Positions 9,201 through 18,962 of a stretch of 64,000 nt of DNA are shown here, one piece after another. The notes beneath the pieces were generated by a model, which was not told the DNA's origin, searched no databases, and worked only from the letters and a program-made list of their open reading frames with translations. Position numbers and translations under genes: made by a program. Within the stretch, counting starts at the first letter, position 1. The number at the start of each line of letters is the position of its first letter. Origin of the DNA: Acidobacteriota bacterium (GTDB lineage Bacteria; Acidobacteriota; UBA6911); the NCBI GenBank assembly GCA_963664705.1, contig OY761556.1, positions 4,192,001-4,256,000 on the forward strand. Reading direction: 5' to 3'.

Positions 9201-9860
9201 ATGAATGCGAGACAAAAGCGCCAAGCTTCAATCATAGCGCCTGATTTCAGGGAATCGCTGCGGAACCTGAACGAGTTGGAGACCACGACAGATACGGTCT
9301 ACGGGCTTTCACCAGATCTATGCCTGTCCTACATGAATCCCGGGTGGTTCAGGTTTGCGCAGGAGAACGCTGGAGAGCCTGACATTTCCCGAAGCTGGGG
9401 GCTTGGGCGTCCAATTTTTGATTCGATCCCAGCCGAGTTGCACTCATTTTTCCGCACGCTTTATGAAAATGTGTTGAATGCCTCTCCTCTGAAGGATCGA
9501 TTCCCGGCCAGTTACGAATACGAGTGTTCAAGCGCGGAAACCTATCGGCGCTTTGCCATGCTGGTATATCCTCTTTCCGGCAAGGGATTGCTGGTCGTAA
9601 ACTCTCCGATCCTGGCACGTCCCCACGACCCTGCCACAAGGCCGGCACACGATCCTGATGTAAAAATATATGCGGATGTTCATGGCATGATCCACCAGTG
9701 CGCGCATTGCCGGCGCATCGAAAACATTTCTGTCAAAGGCAGGTGGGATTGGGTCCCCGAGTGGGTAAAGCGCATTCCTCCCAGAACGAGTCACACTCTC
9801 TGCAACTATTGCTATGAGATTTACTACCAGAGGATCTCGGATACTTCCGACGGGGTTTGA
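9201..9860 (+). CDS. Hypothetical protein with PAS-like N-terminus and C-terminal CxxC...HxxCxxC motif
   Basis: 219-aa ORF with LSYMNPGWFRFA...YEYECSS and CAHCRRI...W...SHTLCNYC. Confidence 0.7.
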   Translation: MNARQKRQASIIAPDFRESLRNLNELETTTDTVYGLSPDLCLSYMNPGWFRFAQENAGEPDISRSWGLGRPIFDSIPAELHSFFRTLYENVLNASPLKDRFPASYEYECSSAETYRRFAMLVYPLSGKGLLVVNSPILARPHDPATRPAHDPDVKIYADVHGMIHQCAHCRRIENISVKGRWDWVPEWVKRIPPRTSHTLCNYCYEIYYQRISDTSDGV

Positions 9861-9942
9861 TTTGCACTCCCAATCGAAGACAGCAGAGCTACGGGGATCG
9901 TCGGGACTCCGCTAGCCGGACGGGACTGGAATATCTGTTTGC

Positions 9943-12723
9943 CTAAACGGTTTGTTCCACCGGATCCGGCGTCACATGGGCTCGTGCCGGCGAATCACCG
10001 GCATTCCCGGTGGCCGGGAAGTGAACGCTGGTTCGGATCGAGTGGAGCAGAACTTCGGCGGGCCCGCTCTTTGTCAGATAATCGACGGCGCCGGCATCTC
10101 GAATCGCCTGGGCCCTCTCAGCCTCTTCAAACATGGACAATCCGATGACGCGAATCGCCGGTCTTTCATTGCAGATCAGCCGCGTCGCCTCCACTCCATT
10201 CAGTTTCGGCATGCTCATATCCATGAGTATCACGTCGGGCAGCAATTTTGAAGCAAGATCAACCGCTTCCTGGCCGTCGGAAGCCTGCGCAATGATCTCG
10301 ATATCCGGCTGGTCCTCGAGCAGATTGGCAATACCCTGACGCACAACAGCATGATCATCCGCGAGCAATACCCGAATCTTCTTTTCCTGGATCGCATGGT
10401 TCGTCGTTACTGGCTGCGGCTCCGGTGGAACCTCCTGCTGCGGTGGATCGGGCATGGCGGAGGCGGGAGATGTTACCGGCATGATCAGAATGAACCGGCT
10501 TCCCTGCCCCGGGCTGCTCTGGATTTCAAACCGGCCGCCCATCAACTCCAACCGCTCCCGGATTACAAAAAGCCCGAACCCTCTCCCCTTTTCGCCGGCA
10601 GGTGGCAGCGAGGCAGGATCAAAACCTTTTCCCTGGTCGGACACAATGATCTGGAGGCAGTCATCATATCGCCGCAGATGAACAATCGCTGAACGCACGC
10701 TGGCGTGTTTCACAATGTTGAAAAGCAGTTCGCGGACCGATTCAAACAGCAATATCCGCGAATCCTCCGGGATTGTTCCTATATCCTGCAACTCCAGATC
10801 AACAAAGAGTCCCTGCGTATCCACCATCCTCCGGGCTAACCATTTCAAGCCCTCATTCAATCCCGCCTCATGAAGGATTGGAGGACTCAGCTCAGCCGTT
10901 AGAGTCCGGGAGGATTTTATCGATTCATCAATCAACTCTTCCACTTCTTTGCCGGCCAGCTTCACAACCTCGTCCGCGCTTCTCCCCAAAACAGCGACTC
11001 TGAACTTGGCGGCCACAAGCAACTGCTGGAGATGGTCGTGAAGGATTTTTGCCAGGCGGCTCCGTTCCCGCTGCTCCACCAATGTCAATTCGCCGGCGAC
11101 GGCCCGAAGCTGATCCGCCCTGTGCGCCAATTCCCTGGTTCTTTCAGATACCCGTAATTCCAGTTCCTCTTTTGCCTTTCTCAGCTCCTCCTCGGCCTGT
11201 TTCCGTTCGGTAATATTCAGCGTGCTTGCGAGAACCACCTGCCGGCCATCAAGGGTGATGACATCGGCGGATGAAAGTGCCACAAATTCCTGACCGGCCC
11301 GGTTCCACACCCTGAATTCCCGGTTTCGATAGAATCCCCTGGCTTTTAAATCTTCAAAAGCACTCTTTCTGGCCTGGATGTCACGCGCGATATTCAGATC
11401 CAATGCACTTTTCCCAAGAAGCTCCGCGCGCTTGTATCCAAAAAGGCTGACAAACTCCTCATTGGCATCGATGTATATGCCATCCATATCGGTAATGGCG
11501 ATGGCCGTCGCGTTCTGGGCAAAGGCCTTGGCAAACTTCTCCTCGGAGGACCGCAGCGTTTCCTCCGCCTGTTTGCGTGCGGTATTATCCAGCACAAACG
11601 CCACCATGAGGCTCCGCGTGCCATCAAGGAAGGCTCCCCCGATGATTACGGGCACTCGAGTGCCATCCGGCCGAACATATTCCTTCTCAAACGAGTTAAA
11701 ATCCTTGCGACCGGAAATCACCGTGGCAATTTCGGCTTCCTCGCTGCGCAGAATTTCCGTGGGAGTGAACCTTTTCCAGTTAATTTTCCCCGCTTCAAGG
11801 TCAGCCCTGGCGCAGCCGATGATTCGCAGGTATTCGTCGTTGGCTTCCGCAACCTCGCCGGTGATCGGATCCGCAAAGACAACGCCCATCATGTTTGATT
11901 CGATGGCGGACCGGAATTTTTGCTCACTCTCAGCGAGACTGCGATACAGCAGGGCATAAGGGCGTCGGAAACCGGTTTCCACCAGAGCCTTATAGATAAA
12001 GACAACCGATACAACCTTCAACAGGTGCCCGGTCAAATTGAAATTGCCATAAACATTTGCATACTGAGTAAAGGCAAGTTCGGAAACGATGGTTGCGAGA
12101 ATCGAGGCGCAAAGCAATACGAGAATTGGACGTTCGAAGCTGCTCCGATGAAACAGCAGCCGCACCATTGCCAACACCAGGATCAGGCAAATCGCATACT
12201 CTGCATATATCTTGAAAAGCGTCAATCCCTGCCCTTCCACGTAGCAGGCGGGAAATATGGTCCATACAAAAGTTGACAGAAAAACAGCAGCAGAAATGCA
12301 TACATAGGTTGCCAGAATCGGCAGCGGCCGGACTCGTCGCGAGAGAAAAGTGGGAGCAATCAGCAGGCTGACCGATTCCAGCGTGCGCCCGGCGATCCAC
12401 AACTGCGTGGGAAGATCCGGACCGTGTCCGGGAAATACGCCCATCCCGTTATAGGCAAGTGTGTGCGCCAAATCTATGCCTGCAACAGAAAGAAGCGCTA
12501 TCCCGAGAAACTGGAGATACCCGTTTTCGATCATATCCCGGACATTCCAGGCAATCACAAAAACCGCGGCCGCCACGATAATGCTGAACAACTCGGTAAG
12601 ACTGTGAAATATCAGGTAATTTTGAGTGCCAAGCCAGACGAGAGCGCTAAGCACCAGCGTGATGGAAAGCAGCCGCAGAACGCGAACCAGGTTTTGAGAG
12701 AGTGTAGTCGCCGAACCGGACAA
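9943..12723 (-). CDS. Hybrid sensor histidine kinase (MASE3 - PAS - PAS - HisKA_3 - HATPase - REC)
   Basis: N-terminal TMs (NYLIFHSLTELFS), two PAS/PAC, H-box ERSRLAKILHDHLQQ, DQGKGF, NarL-type receiver (VLLADDH, DVILMD, YLTK). TTG start with SD GGAGG. Confidence 0.9.
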   Translation of the reverse strand: MSGSATTLSQNLVRVLRLLSITLVLSALVWLGTQNYLIFHSLTELFSIIVAAAVFVIAWNVRDMIENGYLQFLGIALLSVAGIDLAHTLAYNGMGVFPGHGPDLPTQLWIAGRTLESVSLLIAPTFLSRRVRPLPILATYVCISAAVFLSTFVWTIFPACYVEGQGLTLFKIYAEYAICLILVLAMVRLLFHRSSFERPILVLLCASILATIVSELAFTQYANVYGNFNLTGHLLKVVSVVFIYKALVETGFRRPYALLYRSLAESEQKFRSAIESNMMGVVFADPITGEVAEANDEYLRIIGCARADLEAGKINWKRFTPTEILRSEEAEIATVISGRKDFNSFEKEYVRPDGTRVPVIIGGAFLDGTRSLMVAFVLDNTARKQAEETLRSSEEKFAKAFAQNATAIAITDMDGIYIDANEEFVSLFGYKRAELLGKSALDLNIARDIQARKSAFEDLKARGFYRNREFRVWNRAGQEFVALSSADVITLDGRQVVLASTLNITERKQAEEELRKAKEELELRVSERTRELAHRADQLRAVAGELTLVEQRERSRLAKILHDHLQQLLVAAKFRVAVLGRSADEVVKLAGKEVEELIDESIKSSRTLTAELSPPILHEAGLNEGLKWLARRMVDTQGLFVDLELQDIGTIPEDSRILLFESVRELLFNIVKHASVRSAIVHLRRYDDCLQIIVSDQGKGFDPASLPPAGEKGRGFGLFVIRERLELMGGRFEIQSSPGQGSRFILIMPVTSPASAMPDPPQQEVPPEPQPVTTNHAIQEKKIRVLLADDHAVVRQGIANLLEDQPDIEIIAQASDGQEAVDLASKLLPDVILMDMSMPKLNGVEATRLICNERPAIRVIGLSMFEEAERAQAIRDAGAVDYLTKSGPAEVLLHSIRTSVHFPATGNAGDSPARAHVTPDPVEQTV

Positions 12724-12882
12724 AGCAATCCTCCCCGAAGGGCTTTTCTCACTGTAACCGATACAGGCATGGTAATCGCCGGAGCGCTATGGTTCAAGAG
12801 CGTAAGGCAATGGCCCTAATATTTGTTTACCGCCCGCATGCCGGTGTTGAGCGCAAGACATTGTTTAGTATATGATCTGTTC

Positions 12883-13182
12883 ATGGGAAGAGATGCTAGT
12901 CCAATTGAAACTCCGGAAGTTGCCGAACGGCTGGATGAACTCCGATCTGTGTTTGATCGGGAGACAGGAAAACAGGGAGCTTATCTTCGGATCTTCGATG
13001 AATTTATCGAGGAAAGCGAGTTCTACGCCGCGCTGCATGTGATCTGCGATTATCTGATGGAACCGGAAAACCCTGTCATCGATGCGATGGTGCTGGAAAA
13101 AATCGCGGCAATTCACGACGTGATGCAAATCCAGGATTATTGCATGGAAATGCTCCAGGCAAAGGTGCGCCCCCACAAGTAG
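12883..13182 (+). CDS. Small acidic helical protein, MafI-like immunity protein candidate
   Basis: 99 aa. EFIEESEFYAALHVICDYLME resembles the recalled MafI family core. Confidence 0.5.
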   Translation: MGRDASPIETPEVAERLDELRSVFDRETGKQGAYLRIFDEFIEESEFYAALHVICDYLMEPENPVIDAMVLEKIAAIHDVMQIQDYCMEMLQAKVRPHK

Positions 13183-13418
13183 ACCTCGACTAGGATAAGT
13201 GCACGGCCCAATCATTGAGATTGGAATTTGATGACGTGTATCTTTCGCTGCACCTGTTCATCGTCGCCGTATGCATCTTTTTCTTCGACAGCATCGCCAA
13301 TTGCCACCCTACACTCCACGCGGACTGCAGCTTGAAAGAAACATTCGCATTGCGGCAAAAGCCATATTAGACTGGCACCATTCCGGGCAACCGCAGAGAC
13401 TCGAGCGAGAGGAGAAAC

Positions 13419-14225
13419 ATGGTCATCAAGTCAGCACCGATTCAAAACATGACAAGTGCCTTTTCCATACAGGGCGCCAACGTTATCGTAACGGGAGGAA
13501 ACAGGGGCATTGGCTACGGCATCAGTGTCGCATACGCTCAAAGCGGTGCGAATGTAGCCATACTCTGCCGAAATAGGGAAAGCGGCGAGAAAGCCGCAGA
13601 GGCGATCCGGCAATATGGAACACGCTGCTTCTGCGTTCCCTGTGACGTGAGCGATGCCGGCAGCGTGAAAAATGCGGCCGCAGATGTCTTGGCCCAGTTC
13701 GGCTCGGTGGACATCCTGGTGAATAACGCCGGCACATCCGCGGCATGCGAATTCGTAAAAGATAAAGACCTCCGGGAGTGGCACCGCGTCATCAACACCA
13801 ACTTGAATGGACCGGCGTATATGATTTACGAAATCGTCCCTCACATGATGAGTGCCGGCAAAGGCGGAAGCGTCATCAACATCTCATCCATAGGAGGACA
13901 GGCCCTCGGAGGAGCCCGAACGCATCCAATGCCATCGTATCACGCGTCCAAAGCGGCTCTGGACATGTTTACGAGGAATATGGCTATTGAATTCGGCGAC
14001 TACGGAATTCGTGTGAATGCCATCGCTCCCGGCCCTACGCATTCCGACCTTGATAAGGATTTGCCGCCCGATGCCTATGAAAAATTCGCAAACCTCATGC
14101 CGATGCATCGTTTTGCGGAACCAATCGAGATCGGGGCTCTTTGCGTATTTCTCTCCTCTCCGGCCGCCAACCATATCACGGGCACGGTCATGGTGCACGA
14201 CGGCGGACTGCTGCTCATTGCGTGA
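13419..14225 (+). CDS. Short-chain dehydrogenase/reductase
   Basis: TGGNRGIG, VNNAG, NISS, YHASK. Confidence 0.95.
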   Translation: MVIKSAPIQNMTSAFSIQGANVIVTGGNRGIGYGISVAYAQSGANVAILCRNRESGEKAAEAIRQYGTRCFCVPCDVSDAGSVKNAAADVLAQFGSVDILVNNAGTSAACEFVKDKDLREWHRVINTNLNGPAYMIYEIVPHMMSAGKGGSVINISSIGGQALGGARTHPMPSYHASKAALDMFTRNMAIEFGDYGIRVNAIAPGPTHSDLDKDLPPDAYEKFANLMPMHRFAEPIEIGALCVFLSSPAANHITGTVMVHDGGLLLIA

Positions 14226-14230
14226 GGAGG

Positions 14231-14303
14231 TTTAGGATTTCGGATCCCAGATTCCCGATTTCAGATTTTCTATAGCAATCTGGAATTTGAAATCTGGGAT
14301 TTT
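14231..14303. repeat. Heptamer-periodic inverted repeat (TTYCAGA-like units)
   Basis: TTTAGGA TTTCGGA TCCCAGA TTCCCGA TTTCAGA, then AATCTGG AATTTGA AATCTGG. Confidence 0.7.
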
Positions 14304-14448
14304 CTTCGGAACCGCCGCAAACCCTTCGTTCTCCCTGACATGCAATAATCCTAGGACCTATGACAAGGAGCAAAGCCAACGGCCCGATTTGGCGCCATGA
14401 TCAGAGATAAACATTAGAAAATTATCCGTTTGTATAATTACAAAACAC

Positions 14449-14477
14449 TTGAGTTATTATTCTCTAATGCGTATAGT
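14449..14477 (+). promoter_or_regulatory. Sigma70-type promoter of cspA, giving a ~140-nt 5' UTR
   Basis: TTGAGT, N17, TATAGT, preceded by the palindrome TTTGTA-TAAT-TACAAA (14429-14444). Confidence 0.55.
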
Positions 14478-14623
14478 CCCCGTAACTCAGGTGTTTGCCC
14501 AGCTTGTATAACATGCCGATAGCAGACCCCGAAGAGTATGGTGTCTCCCGCCCGGATCCCGGAGTCGCACCAAATGCATGCGATCCGATTCGATAACAAC
14601 TCAAGGAATTGTAAAGAGGAAAA

Positions 14624-14827
14624 ATGAAAGAACAAGGCACAGTAAAATGGTTTAACAATGAAAAGGGATATGGTTTCATCAGCCGCGGATCCGGCGATGA
14701 CGTATTCGTTCATCATTCTGCAATACAGGCCAAAGGCTTCCGTTCTCTGAACGAGGGCGACACAGTCGAGTTCTCCGTAACAAAAGGCCCCAAGGGTCTG
14801 CAGGCCACGGAAGTAGTGAAACTGTAA
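14624..14827 (+). CDS. cspA: Cold shock protein
   Basis: [38 protein letters not shown]. Confidence 0.97.
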   Translation: MKEQGTVKWFNNEKGYGFISRGSGDDVFVHHSAIQAKGFRSLNEGDTVEFSVTKGPKGLQATEVVKL

Positions 14828-15186
14828 TCTCCCCTTTCTCTGAAGTTTTGGAAGTATCCTTTCCGGGCAGTCGGACTGGGTGCCTGCAAAGGAATGGCTT
14901 GCATGCTGGTATTCCTGAGTACAGGAGCTTCCGGCTTTTAGTGGTGGCCTCTCGCGGAATACGATCTTCTTTGAGTGCAAGCGAGGACTTACCCTACTGC
15001 ACGCGGAATGAAGGCAATTGCTTCAATCCGCGTGCCTCCGCAGTATGCGTTCTCTTCTTAGCTTGTTGGCTATTTCCTACCCTGTAGTTTTCGCTCGTCC
15101 GTTCCTCTGCCAACCAGATTAACGCGCTGGGACATCGAAGGCTCCTAATGCTTGAAGCATCCTGGAACCCCCGATGGTCACCGAAA

Positions 15187-16938
15187 TCAATGGTTTTCGT
15201 AAGCGCCGGCCACATCCTCGCTACTGCCGCCCGCATTGTCTGAGCCGGCCGGAGCCTTGGCCAGCCACCGGTCAATCGACGCCGTTGCCGTACAATCAAA
15301 ATCAGAGATTTTCCAAAGGGGGCTGGTCTCACCCCCCACTACCAGAATGTTTACCTTATCTGGCCGATGATAGGGTGCGATCATCGCATCCCCTGGCAGC
15401 TGTTTCCAGGATGCGTAGGGTTGAACGCCGCTCATCGCAAGCGGGGCGACAAGCATATCGATCATATCGTTGGCCCAGAACTGCTGCGCCGTCATTTTGA
15501 TGTTTTCCGAAATCCATCGCCCCATATCGAGAGGCGTCTGGAATCCTTCCAATTCCTTCAGATTTCTCGCCAGCATTGGATCCAGTATCAGAGTGGCGCC
15601 GGAATAGAGGGCAGGAAGCGCCTGCATCTGCAGCTTGACTTCATCGCCCCACGAACGCCGCGCGGCCGCCCCCATGCTGTTGATCAGATTCCATCCGCGG
15701 AACAGGCTGACGACGCTTTCTTCCCGCTTGTGCCCTTTACGTACGTGAAATGGCTCCCAGACGCTGCGCTCTTCATTCTCGGCCATACAAAGATTGTTGT
15801 AGGAATAGTTGTTTCCTTGGGACGACCAGAAGGTTCTCTTGCGCCGGGCATAGCCCCATATGATGCTCATCAGCGTCCACGCCCGCCCGATAACGGCATT
15901 AGCCGGGTTGTAAGGCCCCAGGGCGCCCATCCCGCAATTCATGCCAATTTCGTTGCGAATCGGGCCATTGACCACGATAGCGCTGGCGAAAGGAAGCGTC
16001 GAGGGCTGAATGGCAGGTTGACCGGTTGATGCGATAGCCAACAGCACCGGCAAATGCTCGGGCATGGCTCCTGCCATCACGGCCGCAATAGCCACCGTTT
16101 CCACGGACACGCGCAAATTCTCCTGCGTATCCACCATGAACGATTTGCCGACCAGTTTGTCCGCAGGCTGACGCGTCCCTGCGAGCATGCGTGCAACGCG
16201 TTCTTCTGTCGGGAGAATAATGGGCAACCCGTCGCTCCACCCCTTCTGCAGAAAGAGGCGCTGCAGGTTCTCCTCGCTGTCCGCGAGCAAAAAGCGCTCC
16301 CGCGAGGGAACCGGTCGAACCACCGTGAGATTCCTGCTTTCCTCCGCCGAATAAGGCGTTGTCAGCGCCTGCAACACTTCATCAACCAGGCGCTTCCCTG
16401 TCATCGGATTTTTCCCTTCGATATATCCGCGCAATGACGAAGGAGGCATCGACACGACAGGGTGCGGAGTGTACAGGAATCGCAGAGGCACCCCGTAAAA
16501 GTCCGTATCCTCACGAACAACACTCTCGAACTCGACTGTTGAAAGGGGCGCGGTAGGAATTCCGTACTTCAGCTCAAGCGTGCGGCAACATCCGGCGACC
16601 GCCGTAACACAGCCCGGTCAGCCCGCCACGCCGAAAATAACGGCATCCCCCTTCTCCTTGATTTCCTTCCACAGATCGGAGGTGTCGTCCCTGAATATAA
16701 ACCCCGTCTTGCGTCTCAGGACCGTTTTTACCGTCGGCATGTGCTCCGCGAACCATGCCTGAAACTGCTCCATGAAAACATCGCTCCCGCCAAAGCCCTG
16801 ATTCACCAGGTACACGGTTTTCCCATTCAAGGTATCCAGACGCGGCGCCATCGACCACGAGGGAACTCCCGCACCGGAACCTTCAGAGGCCGGCGTTCGT
16901 TGGGCTTCAGGATTTAACACTGCAGAAATTGTGGCCAT
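15187..16938 (-). CDS. UGSC-family-like selenoprotein, 583 aa, Sec at codon 107 (U-P-G-C)
   Basis: Track ORFs 16618-16980 and 15187-16491 are in frame and separated by one TGA (16620-16618). Read-through gives GDAVIFGVAG-U-PGCVTAVAGCCRTLELKYGIPT. SD AAAGGAG precedes ATG 16938. Downstream domain has GWSDGLPIILPTEERV. Confidence 0.85.
16584..16617 (-). promoter_or_regulatory. Putative bacterial SECIS element
   Basis: After UGA: GGCUGUGU-UA-CGGC(GGUC)GCCG-G-AUGUUGCC. The apical GGUC loop starts 18 nt after the UGA. Confidence 0.7.
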
Positions 16939-17075
16939 CGGGAACAGCTCCTTTCGAACCGGGCATGTCACTACCGGCATTTTGACGCTATTATATCAAT
17001 AGCTGCCAGAACTCAAAGGCTCCAGAAATGCCATTTGTGCCCTCCCTCTCCTCCGGAGCCTGAGGAAAATTTGTA

Positions 17076-17122
17076 TTGACAGAATTCATTCTGCGCTCTA
17101 CATTGTTTCCATACATGGAAAC
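17076..17122 (+). promoter_or_regulatory. Promoter and operator of the arsR operon
   Basis: TTGACA (17076-81), N17, TACATT (17099-104), followed directly by the perfect inverted repeat GTTTCCAT-AC-ATGGAAAC (17105-17122). Confidence 0.8.
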
Positions 17123-17131
17123 CTTACAACT

Positions 17132-17509
17132 ATGAAACAATCTGAAGAAAACAAGAAGCTGCTCCTGAAGATCTTTGAAATGCAGTGTGAAATCTGCAAA
17201 GCGCTGGGCCACCCGCAGCGCCTGGCGATCGTTGACCGGCTTAAGGAAGGAGAGGCGGCTGCCGCGGATCTGATCCAGGAGCTTGAATTGTCCAAAGCGA
17301 ACCTCTCCAAGCATATGACTCTGCTCGCACACAGCGGTATCGTGGACTCGCGTCGGGACGGCAGGCAGATCTACTACCGGCTGGCAGATCCTGAAATCCA
17401 CGAGGCCTGCTCGATGATGCGATCTATTTTGTATCGCCGGCTGAAGCAGGGAGAGAAATTGGCTTCAGCAATCCATTCGTCCACAGCACTGTCGGCTAAA
17501 GCGAAATAG
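17132..17509 (+). CDS. ArsR/SmtB family transcriptional repressor
   Basis: CKALGHPQRLAIV...SKANLSKHM...RRDGRQIYYRL. Cys in CEIC and EAC. Confidence 0.93.
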   Translation: MKQSEENKKLLLKIFEMQCEICKALGHPQRLAIVDRLKEGEAAAADLIQELELSKANLSKHMTLLAHSGIVDSRRDGRQIYYRLADPEIHEACSMMRSILYRRLKQGEKLASAIHSSTALSAKAK

Positions 17510-17529
17510 CAATACCTTGCGAGTGATCT

Positions 17530-18897
17530 ATGAAAAATAAAACTCACTACACAATTTGGGCTTTGGTTCTTATCGGTCTCCTTGTCAGTTTTTCTGCGAG
17601 CGCCCAGCAGAAGCTCTCGCTCTCGGAAGCAGTATCGCGCACTCTGGCAAAAAACCCGGACCTTGCGGTGGATGCCCCTGGCCAGAATGCAGCCCGTTCG
17701 GAATACGCGGCCACGCGAGCCGGATACCTGCCACGCATCGATTTCGAGCAATCCTATCTCGCGGGCGACAATCCCGTGTTCGTATTCGGCACGCTGCTGA
17801 CCCAGCGCAAATTCACGGCCGCCAATTTTGCACTTCCTTCGCTCAATAACCCCGATTCTGTCGACAATCTGCAGACGCGAGGCACCCTGCAACAGAACAT
17901 CTGGGATTTCGGAAGGACAGCCAACCGCCGTGAGCAGGCGCGATTGGGCATAAACATGGCCGACCAGGCAACGCAGGAACATCGCAGGCAGGTATTGCTG
18001 GATCTCTTTGGCAGCTACTATGTCACATCTCTTGCGAGCGATGCCATGCAAACGGCACAAGCGGCTTTGCGCTCTGCGGAATCGATAGAAAAACAGGCCA
18101 AAGCCAGGGTCGATAGCGGACTTGCCGTGGAGGCGGATCTGCTGCGAAGCCGCGTATACCTGTCGACGGCAAAACAACAGGAGATCCAAGCTCAAGGACA
18201 ACTGGAGGCTGCCAGGGCACAGCTGAACAGAGTCATGGGGGAAGCACTGACCGCGCAGACAGGCGAGACAGCGCCTTTGACCATCAAAGCCATCTCGCTC
18301 CCGTTGGAAGACGCGCTTCTCTCGGAACAAAAACGCAATCGCCCGGATTATCAGAATCTACTGACCGAGCTTCGCCAGGCGGAGCTTGCGGTCAACGCTC
18401 GTTCCAAGGAGAAACTCCCGGTTCTTGCCGGTTATACCACGTGGGAAATGGACAATCCTTCCATGAGCGAGTTTGGCGGCAGCAACTGGGCAGCCGGGAT
18501 TACGCTGCGCTGGAATCTGTTTGCCGGCGGGAGCGATGCAGCACAGCTTGAGGCCGCCCGTCACCGTCTGGAACAGAAAAAGCGCCAGATTGCGGCCATG
18601 GATTCGGCCATGGCGCTCGAGCTTCGCAGGGCTATGATTCAGTACCGGGCGGCCGAACAGCAGGTTGCCGCAGCCCAGGCAGCACAGGCTCAGAGTGAAG
18701 AAGGGCTTCGTATCCTGCGAAACCGGTATGATGCCGGGCTGGCCACCATGACCGATTTGCTTTCCGCGGAAGCCGCGCGCAGCGCGGCACGCACGGGCCT
18801 CGCCGAAGCGATTTATCGCCAGCGTGTCAGCTATGCACAGGTTGAATTTGCCGCCGGCATCCTGAGCCCATCATCGCCGGCCATGAATCTGCAGTAG
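17530..18897 (+). CDS. TolC family outer membrane efflux protein
   Basis: Signal peptide and OEP repeats (YLPRID, RYDAGLATMTDLLSAE). Confidence 0.92.
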   Translation: MKNKTHYTIWALVLIGLLVSFSASAQQKLSLSEAVSRTLAKNPDLAVDAPGQNAARSEYAATRAGYLPRIDFEQSYLAGDNPVFVFGTLLTQRKFTAANFALPSLNNPDSVDNLQTRGTLQQNIWDFGRTANRREQARLGINMADQATQEHRRQVLLDLFGSYYVTSLASDAMQTAQAALRSAESIEKQAKARVDSGLAVEADLLRSRVYLSTAKQQEIQAQGQLEAARAQLNRVMGEALTAQTGETAPLTIKAISLPLEDALLSEQKRNRPDYQNLLTELRQAELAVNARSKEKLPVLAGYTTWEMDNPSMSEFGGSNWAAGITLRWNLFAGGSDAAQLEAARHRLEQKKRQIAAMDSAMALELRRAMIQYRAAEQQVAAAQAAQAQSEEGLRILRNRYDAGLATMTDLLSAEAARSAARTGLAEAIYRQRVSYAQVEFAAGILSPSSPAMNLQ

Positions 18898-18962
18898 CTA
18901 CCAGATAAAGCGGAGCTTCAGAAATGCACAGCATCCAGATTTTTATGACAACGAGGCAAAAC

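Noticed and set aside
14231-14303. CRISPR-like array
   Set aside because: These are degenerate 7-bp units with no spacers, and there are no cas genes.
15187-16980. Two separate genes or a nonsense pseudogene
   Set aside because: The in-frame TGA forms UxxC with a SECIS-like hairpin, so one selenoprotein explains it better.
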